Positions 26,581-39,500 of a stretch of DNA of 64,000 nucleotides are shown here, in pieces. Both the position numbers and the translations under genes were made by a program. The notes below the pieces were generated by a model. The model worked only from the letters and a program-made list of their open reading frames with translations. It did not search any database and had not been told where the DNA came from. This DNA comes from Rhina ancylostomus (Eukaryota). Within the stretch, counting starts at the first letter, position 1. Every line of letters begins with the position of its first letter. The stretch lies in assembly GCA_030265395.1 (NCBI GenBank), contig JARFYF010000029.1, forward strand, positions 29,177,787 to 29,241,786, written 5' to 3'.

Positions 26581-27049
26581 AAGATGGGCTTTCCTGGAAG
26601 AAATGTGACAATGAATTAAAAGTAATCAAATTTCCAGTACTGATCCATTGAATTCCATTAAACCCAACTCTTTCAGATAACCAACTTTTCCTGTTTGTAT
26701 CAGAATTAACTGGTTATTTTATTTCATTTGTTGAATGACTGCAGTGGTTTGATTCTCCCTGTTCTAGCATTGTTTCTTTACCCTCCTCTCAGTCATCTCT
26801 ACCATGCTAAACAGCTGCGATTAACAAGCCTCTACCTAGCCAGCAACGTCACCCTTTGTCTCATTCAGTTTCTCTCTCAGACTTTGTCTTTTTTCTCTCC
26901 ACTCTGCAACTGAAGACAAGATTGTTTTCTAACTTACTCTATTTCTGATGGGAGGTCATTGATCTGAAGCATTAATACTATTTCTCTCTCTCCATAGATG
27001 TGGACTAATCTGCCGAGTATTTCCAGCAATTCTGTTTTTACATCAAAAA

Positions 27050-28070
27050 TTAATGTTGCTTTAAAATTGCCTCCTGACTTGGATAACATATTGCAGCTGC
27101 AAGGAAATATAATACTCGTGAAAGTTGTCCATTTTCCAACCGATGACTACTTAGCATTTCTTGACATAGAGAACTTAGTTAAAAAAATAAATAAATCTCT
27201 CACATCAAAAGTGACTCAGTAAAATAATTTAAGTGCCAATGTGAAAGGAAGTCAGGTACACTGGTCACAAGACATAGAAAACTGGATTTCTACAAAAAAC
27301 TACTTAATTGTCAGAGATTTAGATTGCTAAATGTGGTTGACTATAGTGCTTAAGATATAATGGGTTCAACTAGTCCTACGGTCTCAAATGAAAGAATTTT
27401 CAGTTGTAGGAACACTGCTTATAATCAGATGTATTTTCCACAATCAAGGAAATGATGATGGAATTACTTGTTCTAATGGTAGTAAAAAATTATTTCATGT
27501 TGTCATTATTTTCTATCACACTAGACAATGTTGGCAAAATCATAAGTGAAAAGGTTTGCTGTAAATGGCAGAATTCTGATAGTAAGAAGGATTTAATGGT
27601 CATACCCATGAGACCTGGCACTAATAGATGGTAAATGATCAGTCTCACTCAGGTAAGCAACAAAATGCCTAGAGTTGAAAATGGAAAATAAAAATCACAT
27701 TGGTGCATTGGACAGAAGATCCCTTGTCTGTAAAGCTCAATAAGAGGCTACTAATCAAATAAATTTAACTTAATGCCACAAGATATTTGTAATTACATTG
27801 AATGATTTGGCCAATGGCCAATAAATGATAATTAACTCTGATAACAATTGCATCAAAACATAAGTGAGGCAAAGCAGTTTTTAACTTCTTATGTGCAAGT
27901 AACAAAGCTAATATTATTTAAAATTAACTGTAGATGTAACATTTTTATTAAAGGAGGGAGAGGAGAACAAAGATATTACAAGAGATGGCCACAATCACCG
28001 GATATATCACAGGTCTGGGTGCCTTGGGGAAACATATATTGGAATTTCAGGAAAACAAGTGAAAAATGAA
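27050..28070 (-). pseudogene. Pseudo-exon(s), CABIT-like
   Basis: LLPLEQVIPSSFP*LWKI at 27432-27485 (cf. THEMIS LPMNFPGLFKI), plus MLHLQLILNNISFVTC and VVIGWK / SIIFPCSCN. Boundaries are approximate. Confidence 0.5.
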
Positions 28071-28249
28071 ATACAGACCAACAATTATTTAAAATAAATT
28101 GTTTTTATTCCAAAATGACCATGTGCAAAATGAGGAAAATGAACAAAATATTAAATAAATTGCTCTTATTCTAAATAATATTAATCAAAGAATAAATTTT
28201 AACTGATACTGTTATAATATTTTTAACTTACATGGAAAAATGTTTGTTT

Positions 28250-28867
28250 TCAGAGGAGAAAACAAAACAGAGGCCGATAACTGAATCATCTCTAATAGCT
28301 GGTTAACTCTTTTCACAATATACTAACAAACTTAATCGTGGGAAGAAGACAATCAGAGTCATCTATTCAACCTTATAACATTTTTCATTACTCACATCCA
28401 ACTGCTCATAGGATCAATAAACTCAGTTGGTTGGTTTTTATAAGGAAGCAGTAAGCAAAATGGCCTGAAGGCATCTAGTAACTCAATAACAATTGCAGTT
28501 GAACTATGAATTCCCATGTGTGATTATTTAGATGAACTGAATTTTTCTATTTAAAATTTAAGGTATTCTTATTAATCAGGGAAAGGTTGTGTTGCGTTCA
28601 ATGATTTATCTTTCACGTATTCAAACACTAAAGATAACAGCATATGCAATATTCTGAATATGAGGACATTTACATTTGCTTTAGTGCAACATTCCTGGTC
28701 AGACCAAGTGTGTCTCATTAGCTGGGAATAGCATACATCTTTAAAAAGGTCAGATGAAATGGTGAGAAACATGAGAAAGGATGCATCCACTGTCTGAATT
28801 GCTGTGGCTTGAGTATAACATCGTCACCCTGTCAGCATCAAAGATCCTTCAGTGAACATAGAGAATG
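28250..28867 (-). pseudogene. Pseudo-exon(s), CABIT-like
   Basis: Acceptor cttcatctttcAG. Segments VDASFLMFLTISSDLFKDVCY and KCYKVE*MTLIVFFPRL...AIRDDSVIGLCF. Confidence 0.4.
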
Positions 28868-29799
28868 CTGAAAGATGAAGAGTTTCAAGTGTGGAGTGAA
28901 ATAATTTCCATTGCTACTGGGAATCACATCCACAATTTAAGTGAAGAAACAAAGCAGCAAATCCACAATTTAAGGTGACAACTAAATATCAGGGTCCAAA
29001 AAGGAATCATACCCTACCATTCTCAAGTTTATGCCCTTTGAGGTGAACACAGCATTATCAAGTGCAAACCTGAATTTTCTGGAAATGTTCTCACTTAAAG
29101 ACATTATGAAGTCAATAATAAAAAGGAACCATATTCCACATTACTATAATCTATACATAATTTGAGTTGCTGCATAAAAGCTGTGTGTTCCTAGTGAATT
29201 AGTGTTAATTAACCATCTGTGCAAGATAGATTTTCATTTATTACAGACATACTTTATAGTTGTGTGATTAAATTTTAAGCAGTTAGATCAATTGTAGGTC
29301 AACGTTATCAGATTAAAATCACTCAACCTTCAATTTCAATATAGATCTGCAGTTGCAAAGGTTCTGAAATTTTAGGAAATGACTTTTTTTGTGTGAATTT
29401 AATTTAGCTACACATAAAATATAAAACAGTGCACAGCTGCTGCCATGTTACTAACATAACCATATGATGGAAAAAGTTGCCTCTAATGGAAAAAGCATCA
29501 CCATAGAACAGATGCCCCCAGTAGAATGGATACCTTGAGTAGAAATTTGATTCAAATCATTTTTGTAGACCTGTCAACTCCAGTAGAACAGAAGCCTCCA
29601 ACAGAATGGATTTCCTACAGCAGAACTGAGAAGAGAACATGTTGGAATTACTTAGCGTGTCAGACAGTAGCCGTGGGGAGAGAAAAAGAGTTAGCGTATC
29701 AGGTTGGTGATCTTTCATCAGAACCAGGAGAAGTCAAAATTAAAAATAGTTTTACGTTGCTGAAAAATAGAGTGGAGGCAAGGTAAGTAGAAGGATTGC

Positions 29800-30250
29800 A
29801 GGGAGATTCACCTGGATGTTTCCTGGGATGGAATATTTGAGCTTTGACGAAAGGCTGGATAGGCTGTGCTTGTTTTCTTTGAAGCAGAGAAAGTGAGGAG
29901 GGGCCTGCTTGAGGGGTACAAGATTATGAGAGGCACAGACAGGATAGATAGTTTGAAAGTTTTCCCCTTAGCAGAGATATCTGTAACTAATGGACATAGT
30001 TTTAAGGTAAGAGATAGGAGATTTAGAGAAGATTTGAGGCGGAATGTTTTCACCCAGAGGGTGGTTGAAATTTGAAACGCACAACCTGAGCATTTGTGGA
30101 GCCTTGCAATACTTAAGAAATACTTAGATGAGCACTTGAACGTCCATGGAACAGAGGGCTGAGAAATAGAACTGTTATAGATAAGTACTTGAAGGCTAGC
30201 ATGAACATGGTGGACCTGAGTGTTTCCATGCTGTATGATGTTATGACTCT
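29800..30250 (+). mobile_element. CR1 LINE 3' fragment
   Basis: YKIMRGTDRID...FREDLRRNVFTQRVVEI. Confidence 0.85.
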
Positions 30251-30829
30251 AGGCTGAGTTGGAGGGCAGGAGAGAATAAAAGAGAAAAATATTAATGAGG
30301 CAGGGTGAAAGAGAGTGCTGAAGGATAAAAAGTAAAACAAAAGCTATGAGGTGTATAAAGGAGAAGACAAATGGAATTGGAAATTATTAGTAGGAGATAA
30401 AAAAGACTGAATGCTGGAAATTTGAGGTAGAAGTTGATTATCTGAAATTGTTGAATTCAATATTTGACCCTGGAAAAGTTACCTGGTCACGAGATAAGGC
30501 CTCACTCCTCCAGCAGATGTCGAGCTTTGTTGGACAATCTTTTTTCTTTCTAACACCTCTGTATGGTTTTCATGGAAGATTGCATGATACAATAAAAAGG
30601 GCCAGACTCATAAGACCAACTTTTGCACTATTTGCATACTATGGACCAGAATTGGGCAGAAGTAGCATTTTCTTAAAACAGGTGAATCCTTATTATTCTG
30701 TTTAATAATGCTTGGCGCCATTCTCATTCACCCTGGGTACTATTCACCCTTAACCATGTGCCTGTGAAAAATGAAATTTAGTGCTCAGTGAATCTAGTTC
30801 AAATGCTGAACAGCACAGGGAAGTGGAAG

Positions 30830-32718
30830 TACCAAAAAGGTTTTCATTTTCCATTTTGAAGCCAGTTTTGACTGCTTCTCATCATATCCTGACTCTTAAG
30901 TTCCTTTGAGAAATTGGGTCCGGTGTATTCTGCTACAAATACTTCTGCTAGGGAATTTTCCCTTTGTGAAGGATTAGAAAGGTCATTGAAAGGTGACACT
31001 GGCAGTCCACTGCAAAATCATTTGCTGTCTCCCTGCCCACTGCAAATTTATTGTGCCTTTCCAGATGCTGAAGAATTTCTAGCCCAATTAATTATATTCT
31101 GTATTCTATTATTCATCTGTCCATTAGATAAAACAAAAATTTACATCACTCCAAATATCTTTCAAAGTGTGCCAGTGTCAACCTTTTCTCTCATTATTAA
31201 TTCCATTGTCCAGATTTATAACAAAAAGATTTTTTTATTTTAAAAGTATACTTCATTCTTAATAATATACACAGGAAATACAATTGGTGTGCATCTTTCT
31301 TTACATTCACTGTACCATTAAATCCATACATTCTTTTAGAATGCTTCACTATCACTCATGGCTCCTCTTTAAAGAATACAAGTGTTTGAGAGGCTGTTAC
31401 ACAGGACCCAGCCCCTTCATGGCCAATGGCAGCAGTACCCAAGACTGTGGTACTTCCCTACAGAGCCAAGCTTCAGTGGGTGGATAATTTTGGCCCTTAC
31501 AGGGGCTCAGCAGGGGAATATGCAACTGCCCAACTGTGTTGGAGGTGCAAGAAGCCAAATCCATTTTAAGGTCCAGGTTTACTTTAAATAGAACGTTTGA
31601 AATTGAAATGGTATAGCAATGATCCAGGTTATTTTTGTGGGGCAATGAGAAGAATGCCTGCTCCTTCTGCCCCTTAAAGGGACCACATCAACTGTAATCT
31701 CAGTAAAGCTAAATAGACCATGCTTATTGTAGAACTCCTATCTATGTGTTGAAATGGGCATACTGTCTGAAACAGTAGGCCCATTTCAACATATTGGCCA
31801 TCCAGAAGAAAATAACTTTAAAGATGGTGGTATAAATGGTGTGGCAGACTACACACCATTTTGAGGCTCCATCTATCATACTATTGCTGCTACATTGAGT
31901 TAAAATTATTCCCCACCTTTGCAAACTTGGCACATTGTAAATACACTCTCCTGCTAGTAATGACGCCTTTGATCAATGCAGTTTACAGAGCAAAGAGTTT
32001 TCCTACCACATCTACTTTCTGTTTGCTGTAACTGCTAACACAGAGTGGGTTCTTTTTGTTGTTGGGTGGCCGATGGTATTGTCTGTCTGCACATTCACAA
32101 GTGAATCTCACATTGCTCTTCGCCAGGCATGAAGTCATGATGAGCAAACCCAACTGTAAATCAGCTCAAAGCAGAAATGTAATCTACCGTATTTCTCATG
32201 AGGAAAACTGGCACCACAGTGGGTGGTGGACTTTTGCAATATGCAGCTCAGAATGACTGAAAAGTGAGTTTAATGCTTCTCATTCATAAGAAACATTATC
32301 ACCTGATTTTACACAGACGATTAGACCATGTGGAATTGTTTATTACAAATACTTTTGAGTATGCAGATTAATCTTTGAAGCCAGTATCAGCTTTGCTATT
32401 GTTAGGACCACAAAGACATTCAGCCTGTAATCCGCAGAAGCTCCTTTCCCAAATCTATCTGCTTCTACCACATTGTCAATACATTTGGGATGTTTCCTGA
32501 ATTGCTGATAACAGTTTGGGTCTTACACAATACTTAAGCACTACCATGGGCTCCAAAAGTGCAGAGTATTCAGACACCCAGTGAGTCAATCTGTTCTGTC
32601 TCTAAGTTCAATTGTCTCACCACAGAATGTCACAGAAGATAAAGACGAGCTTAACCTTTTCAATGGCCTTTGATAATTCAACCAATGAAGGTTCACTGGG
32701 TTAGCTCAATTAACTCAA
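30830..32718 (-). pseudogene. Possible long disordered-linker pseudo-exon(s)
   Basis: RPLKRLSSSLSSVTFCGETIEL... and MNNRIQNIINWARNSS...LPVSPFNDLSNPSQRENSLAEVF. Ser/Pro-rich, with stops; no repeat recognised. Confidence 0.3.
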
Positions 32719-32870
32719 CTAAAATACAGTTTTCTCTTTTAAAGGGGCATGAGAAATGATAAAAATTGATCAGGCACAACATACTATGTGAATCGTACAT
32801 GAGGAGATGTAAATTCACCTTAAAGAGCAAATATAGCATGCCATTGCAAAGCAACCACGTGACATGTGAA

Positions 32871-32918
32871 ACATTTACTGGTATATACATTTACTGGTAT
32901 ATACATTTACTGGTATAT
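32871..32918. repeat. Perfect tandem repeat, 16 bp x3 (acatttactggtatat)
   Basis: Read directly from the sequence. Confidence 0.9.
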
Positions 32919-33139
32919 AAAATGGTAAAGGAGATGGAAAAAAGAAATCAGAAATGGGACTAGCAGAATAACGTTTTGGCACAGACTAGAAGGGCCAAAT
33001 GGCCTGTTTTCTGTGCTGTAGTGTTCTATGGTTTCTATCTGAAAATAAACTATTGCTATAGGATAAGGAGACATTTCAAATTATTCATAAACACATTTAG
33101 AATCCGGCTAGGTCTCTTCATTCAAAAAAATGCCTCCTG

Positions 33140-33625
33140 CAATTATACAGGGCCTTGGTAAAACCACGCTTGGAGTACGGTGTGCAGATTTGCTCTCCTT
33201 ACCTAAGGTACTTGCCATGGAAGGAATGAAAGGAAGGCTGACCAGACTATTTCCCTGGATAAGTAGACTAGGATGGTATTCAGTAGAAATTAAATGAATG
33301 AAACGGGATCTAACTAAAACTTCCAAAAGTCTGACACTGTGTGTGGCTGGGGGTGTAGAATAGAGGGCACCGTTGCGAATTAAAGGACGAGAGATTTAGA
33401 ACTCGAGTGAGGAGACATTTCTTCACTCACAGCTGGTGAATTGGTGAATGTGCTACCAAAGAAGGCTGTGGAGGGCAAATCATTGAATATTTTTAAGAAA
33501 GAGATAGGTACATTTCTAGATATAAAAGGCAAAAAGGAATATGGTATTGAGATGAAGGCTTAGTCATGATTGTACTGAATCATGGAGCAGGTTCGAAGGG
33601 CCGACTGCTCCTATTTTCTATTTCT
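33140..33625 (+). mobile_element. Old CR1 LINE 3' fragment
   Basis: ttggagtac.gtgtgcag... and gtgaggagacatttcttcactcacag, with CR1-type tail. Confidence 0.7.
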
Positions 33626-34124
33626 ATATTTCTAAATGGACATTCAAGTAGGGTAGTGGAAGAAAGTAGTACAGCATCATTGAGAAAAGGCTGACTGCTC
33701 TGATGGGTCGTGGAGGAAATGCTCTCATTGAACATTAGGATTGTTTTATGGGATAGCCTAACACAGACTGAATTTTCTTTCACTGTCACACCTATCATGT
33801 CATTTTGTAAATGGTTAGACACCTCAAGATGCATGACTCCTGATTGTGATATCAACACAGCACTCAACACCATCATTGTACTTGGTTCCTCAATGCTACA
33901 CCAATTATATTAGCTGATTTGACTTCTGGCTCCATCTCTTAATGTTAGAGATAGATAACAGATAAATTAAACTTATTTCTTATCCAATTTGCCACTAATT
34001 TCCAGGATTCCTATTTTTGGTTGACATTCCTGATGATGACATTTCACACGTGTTCCAGTGGATCCAAACTCTGGTGGGGCCTTTGAAACATAAACCTTAA
34101 CATATACCAAAAATCAAAAATTAC

Positions 34125-34940
34125 AGGGGGATCTTGATCAGTTAGGTAAGTGAGCTGAGGATTGGCAATTGGCTTTCAATTTGGATAAAGGCAAAGTGTT
34201 GCAATTTGGGAAGTCAAACCAGGGTAGGACTTATACAGTGGTAAATTTGTAAATTGGTAGAGGGATCTAGGAGTATAAGAACATAGTTCACTGAAAGCAA
34301 TGTCACAGGTAGACAGGGTGGTGAAGAAGGCATTTGACATGCTGGCCTTCATCAGTCAGGGCATTGAGCCGAGGAGTTGGGACATTAGGTTGCAGTTGTA
34401 CAAGACTTGCAGCATTGTGTACAGTTTTGGTTCCCCTGTTATAGGAAAGACATCATTAAACTAGAAAGAGTGAAGAGATTTATGAGGATGCTGCTAGGAC
34501 TTGAGGGCCCGAGTTAAAGGGAAAGATTGGGCAGGCTAGGACTTTATTCCTTGGAATGTAGGAGATTGAGGGGTGACCTTATAAAGGTGAATAAAATCAT
34601 GAGGGGTAAAGATTGGGTGAACGCACATGGTNNNNNNNNNNNNNNNNNNNNNNNNNNNNNNNNNNNNNNNNNNNNNNNNNNNNNNNNNNNNNNNNNNNNN
34701 NNNNNNNNNNNNNNNNNNNNNNNNNNNNNNNNNNNNNNNNGTATATGGAATGAGCTGCCAGAGGAAGAGATTGAAGCAGGTATAATAACAAGACATTGGG
34801 ACAAGTACATGGATAGGAGGGGTTTAGAGGGATATGGGACAAATGCAGGCAAGTGGGACTAGCTTAGTGGATATCATGGTTGGCAATGGATGAGTTGGGC
34901 TGAAGGGTCTGTTTCTGTGCTGCATTACTCTTTGACTCTA
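34125..34940 (+). mobile_element. CR1 (HER1-like) LINE 3' part
   Basis: RLGLYSLECRRLRGDLIKVNKIMRG...IWNELPEEEIEAG. Confidence 0.9.
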
Positions 34941-35489
34941 TAAACCTCTGAACTTGCAAAGAAGTTTCCTGTGGCTTTGTTGGGGATGGAACTTCCATTT
35001 GCGCCCCCCACCCCCCAATGTTTGGGGTAGGGCTGAGCATGGGCACTTCCTCAGTTGAACATTCTTATGCCCTTGGCCTGATACTTGGGATGCCTGAGTG
35101 AGATGAGGTAAACCTACCAATTGAAAGGTGGAAATGGTTCCAATTGTGTGCAAATGCAAGGAGAACCTCCAAAGAGTAGATAAAATATTATTTATGCTCA
35201 GCCCTTTTGGCAATGTGCAGCTGAATGTATAGACTGACATTTCTACAGGGGGATGAAACAACATCACTGGCCAGGACACCAAGGACATGTTGACTGCCTG
35301 CAAGTAGATAGATGCACAGCACCTGTTGTTAGCGGTTTGACTATCTGCTTGTGCCATGGATATCAGGTAATTACTGATGATTTTTCCCAGATCAATGTTG
35401 GAGGTTATAAGCAGCCATATTCAACTTATAATTGCTGTGCTTCTTACCCTATGTACTCTGGCCCCAAGACAAGTAAGAAAAGTAAGGCA

Positions 35490-35720
35490 GCACAGTGTTG
35501 CAGCTAGTACACAGCGCAGGAGAACTGGGCTGCCCTGGCCTCAAGTGCTGTCTGTGTGAAGTTTGCACATTCTCCCTGTGACTGCATGGGTTTCCTCCCA
35601 TATCCCAAAGACATTTGAGTTGGTAGGTTAATTGGCCACTGTAAATTGCCCCTAGTGTGTAGATGAATGGCTGAATCTGAGGGGAGTTGATGAGAATGCA
35701 GGGAGAATAAAAAACAGATT
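35490..35720 (+). mobile_element. V-SINE/HE1-like SINE
   Basis: gtgtgaagtttgcacattctccctgtgactgc...aggttaattggccactgtaaattgcccctagtgt. Confidence 0.75.
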
Positions 35721-36329
35721 AAAAATGATGTAAAACACGATAATGCTGGAGGAATTCAGCAGGCCAGGCAGCATCCATGGAGAANNNNNNNNNNNNNNNN
35801 NNNNNNNNNNNNNNNNNNNNNNNNNNNNNNNNNNNNNNNNNNNNNNNNNNNNNNNNNNNNNNNNNNNNNNNNNNNNNNNNNNNNGGAGGAATTCAGCAGG
35901 CCAGGCAGCATCCATGGAGAAAAGCAGGCGATCAACGATTCAGGTCAGGACCCTTCTTCAGGGATAAAAAATGGCTGATTGATGTTTGTTGCATACTTGG
36001 TGGGCTTGGTATCCGTGTTGTGTCTCTCTATGCTCCACGAATTCCTTAGCTGTAGCATCAACTCAAAATGGCATAAATTTCACTCAGCATTTGCCGTCCT
36101 CCAACACCTCAATGGTTAGGCTACCTAGTGCACTAAGCTACTGACTAGGAATGTCTGCAACTCGTGCTGAATTTGTTGATCACAACTGGACCATCAATTG
36201 GTTCAGCCCTTTAGTTCAGGCTAGGAGATGTGGTAGATTTCTTCTCCTGCTTCTGCACGTTAAGAAGCTGCCATGTGCTATAAGGAAGTGTCCCAGTCCA
36301 CTGATGGTATTTCCATTGAACTACATAAA

Positions 36330-36690
36330 GCGTAGAACAGTACAGCACAGGAACAACCTTTGGCCCACAATGGCTGTGTCAACCATAATGCCAATCCTTC
36401 TAATCCCATCTCCCTGCTCATGGTTTATATCCCTCCATTTCCTGCCTGTTCATGTGCCTATCTAAATGTCTGTTAAATGTCACTATTGTATCTGCTTCCA
36501 CCACATCCCCTGGCAGTATGTTCCAGGCACCTACCATTCTCTGTGTATAAAGAATTGACTCGTAAATTTTCCCCCTCTCACTTTAAAACTATGTCCTCTT
36601 GTATTTGACATTTCCACCCTGGGAAAAGGACTCTGACTGTCTATCCATCCTATCTATGCCTCTCATAAGTTTATATTTTCTATCAGAGGT
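36330..36690 (-). mobile_element. CR1 LINE 3' fragment
   Basis: agaacagtacagcacagg tail and ttccaggcacctaccattctctgtg. Confidence 0.75.
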
Positions 36691-36699
36691 CCTATCACA

Positions 36700-37490
36700 A
36701 GAAGGTTTTGCTCAGAAGAGGGACCAGAGTCAAACAAAATCATTGACTACCTCTTCCTGCAAGCCGTTAACATCCTTTAAAGGATGAGATGTCAGAAAAC
36801 AGAGAATTGAGGGGAAAAGATGCACTGCTGTGCACTAATTCTGATCTGAACAAAAATGAGTTCAAATTCTATAGCAGTGTAAATGCTTTGAAATTAATAT
36901 TGAGTCTAAATTAACTCAACATGGATCTTTACACCTGTGAATAAAGATTAGGTCAGCTACAACATGGATGGCTTGAAATCAAAACTAGTTATTTTGCCTT
37001 CTGATTCAGACCTCAGTTTAAAATTACTTCCTTTATTTGACTGACAATGACTTTAGAACAGCTTGGTCAGTTACATAAACTGACAAAGATACTGTAAATA
37101 AATGTTCTCCTCAGAGAACAAAATAATCTTAGGAGTTAAAATGAAATTAGACAAATGGTTTGCATGCAATAAGACAATTTCACGCAGATAAGTGATCCCC
37201 TCTCTCTGCTGAGTTGGCTCCTTTGCTGCAATATAAAACAGGCCAATATTGTCATCTTAATTTGCTTAAGAGGGGATTAAAGAGAAATTTCCAATTCCAC
37301 TGTAATTAGCCTGGGATTTTAACCTCTTCCTGAATAACAAGTGTTGTATCAGGATACTATAGCTCAGGCTGGATGGACCAATAATATTTTTCCTCCCTGA
37401 TATCATGACCTAGAATTTGTCGATACAAAGCCAGAACATAATCAAGGTAAAGTTGAAAATTGCGCTATTGTAATCAAGGCAATTTTGCAT
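36700..37490 (-). pseudogene. Pseudo-exon, CABIT-like module
   Basis: QFSTLP*LCSGF...YQGGKILLVH (37373-37396; cf. GAREM NDYLLIH) and NIGLFYIAAKEPTQQREGITYLREIVLLH. Confidence 0.5.
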
Positions 37491-37935
37491 GTCAGAGGAG
37501 AAAAGTTTAGATGAGATGTCAGAGGTAGTTTTTTTTTACACACAGAGAGTGGTGGGTGCCTGGAATGCACTGCCAGGGGTGGTGGTAGAGGCTGATACAA
37601 TACGGACATTAAAAACCCTCTTAGGTCCACCATCAGATTTCTGAATGGTCCATGAACACTACCTCGTTATTCCTCTTTTGAACTATTTATTTATTTTTGT
37701 AACTTACGGTACTTCATATGTTTTTATGTCTTGCACTGTACTGCTATCACAAAACAACAAATTTCACGACATATGTCAGGGATAATGAATCTGATTCTGA
37801 TTCTGATTCTGACATGGATGTGAGAAAAATGGAGGGTTATGGTCTGTGTAAGGGGGGATAATAGAGTAGGTTTATATAGGTTAGCACAACATTGCGGGCC
37901 AAAGGGCCCGCACTGTGCTGTACTGTGTTCTACGT
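37490..37935 (+). mobile_element. CR1 3' fragment with a nested Rex1-like 3' end (37620-37810)
   Basis: ttttacacacagagagtggtgggtgcctggaatgcactgccagggg; an internal (gattct)n tail, after which the CR1 sequence resumes at gacatggatg. Confidence 0.75.
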
Positions 37936-38379
37936 ATCTGAGTGCCAATATGCTCATCTTTGAGTGATGTTTTCATGTTCACCAGCACTACTTGTCAGTG
38001 TCAAACTTGTCCAAATAATGCCAACAATGGTCCAGTGTTCAAATTTCATCATTGTTAACCACATTAAGCTACAAACAACAATCATTATTCATTCACAGAG
38101 GAACCAACTTTTACCAATGCTGAAGGCTCAGAAACAAGATTATTTAAAGAACCAATCACATGAAAGCTGAATTCATAGTCAGAGGGGTGTACTCCATTCT
38201 ACACACTCACAGCTTACTCAGAACATTGCTTGCACTGAAGACTAACCCTTCCTTGCACTCGTATTTCTAGACCCAACACTCCTCTTCATGGATGTGCAAC
38301 AGTTACCTCCCAGGCACCACAGCCACCCATGGGAATTCGTGTCACAGGAGGTATATGAGGGTTCAACATCCAAGACTTC

Positions 38380-38760
38380 AGGTGGTGCAGCTGGCAGAGC
38401 TGCTGCTTCACAGTGCCCAGAGACATGGGTTCAATCCTGACCTCTGGGCTGTCTGTGTGGAGATTGCACATTCTCCTTATGACCATGTGGGTTTCCTCAG
38501 TGTGCTCTGGTTTCCTCCCACATCCCAAAAGACGTGCAAGTCAGTAGGTTAATTGGTCACTGTAAATTATCCCTAGTGTGGAAGTGAATGGTAGAATCTG
38601 GGTGGGTGGGGGGCAGGGGGGAGTGGAGGAAGTTGACAGCGATGTGGGGACAATAAAATGTGAAATTAATGTAGGATTAGTATAAATGTGTAGTTGATGG
38701 TTGGTGTAGACTCAGTGGGCCAAAGAGCCTGTTTCCATGCTGAATCTCTCCATGGTTCTA
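38380..38760 (+). mobile_element. V-SINE/HE1-like SINE, near full length
   Basis: tRNA-like head ggtggtgcagctggcagagctgctgc...gggttcaatcctgacc, conserved core, CR1-like tail. Confidence 0.8.
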
Positions 38761-38819
38761 CTTTATCCACCCAGGCTTTAGAGGAATCCACACTCAGAGG
38801 AGCAATGCCTATGAAGACT

Positions 38820-39500
38820 ACACCAAACAAGTCTCAGTCATAAAAAATTTCAACTACAGACTCACACACATGCCTGAACTTCTTTCACATTCAAGGTCAC
38901 TCTCAAACTCTTGGTCTTGTTCCACAAGACCAGTTCATTTATTCCTGCACCAGGCCTCAGGAGCAAACAAACTGGCCACGGGCATTCATCTGCACGGCAG
39001 ACTTCCCTGAAGCACAGGATTTTGTAGCCTGCACTCATATTGTTCCTGGGACCTCCCTGCAGGTTCCTGACAGAGGATGCTCAAATCACTCAGCAAGTCA
39101 AGCAGCATCAGTGGGGAGAGAAACAGGCTCAACTTTCCGGATCAAGGACCTTCATCAGAACTAGAAAGGTGAGAAGACAAGCATGTCTGATAGGGTACAG
39201 ACCAAATTTCACATGGTAATAATTACTTTAAAAACTGATAGCTAGAGAAAGGAAATTAAAAAACGGAGACAGAGAGTTACAACCATGCCTGACAGGAAGA
39301 TTTTGGTGTAGCTCTGGAGGCCCCTTGAACAGAGGGCATCAATCATGATGTGATCAACCAGCCTCTTGAGGTTCCTCTCAGTAAACCAAGGGCCACACGC
39401 TCTACCCTCAGGAAGAACCAGTGCTACCATCTGTGATTAAACAGCACCCTTCAGTAGCTGGTGGTGTACCTCAAGTGTGTCTTAAAGGGCTGTTGCATAG
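38820..39500 (+). mobile_element. Harbinger (HARBI1-type) transposase relic
   Basis: ADFPEAQDFVACTHIV at ~38997-39045 resembles AGFPxVxGAIDCTHV. Confidence 0.5.

Noticed and set aside
26998-27222. Plus-strand ORFs here and at 30448-31243, 55388-55717 and 61725-62072 as a second gene
   Set aside because: No consistent plus-strand splice chain or recognisable domain; they are mostly antisense shadows of minus-strand pseudo-exons or transposon relics.
32871-32918. CRISPR-like repeat
   Set aside because: Contiguous 16-mer tandem repeat with no spacers.
35743-35922. Direct repeat ggaggaattcagcaggccaggcagcatccatggagaa on both sides of a gap
   Set aside because: Most likely a contig-overlap artefact around a ~100-N placeholder gap.
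38380-38460. tRNA gene
   Set aside because: The A/B-box-like head runs straight into the SINE core; there is no complete cloverleaf.
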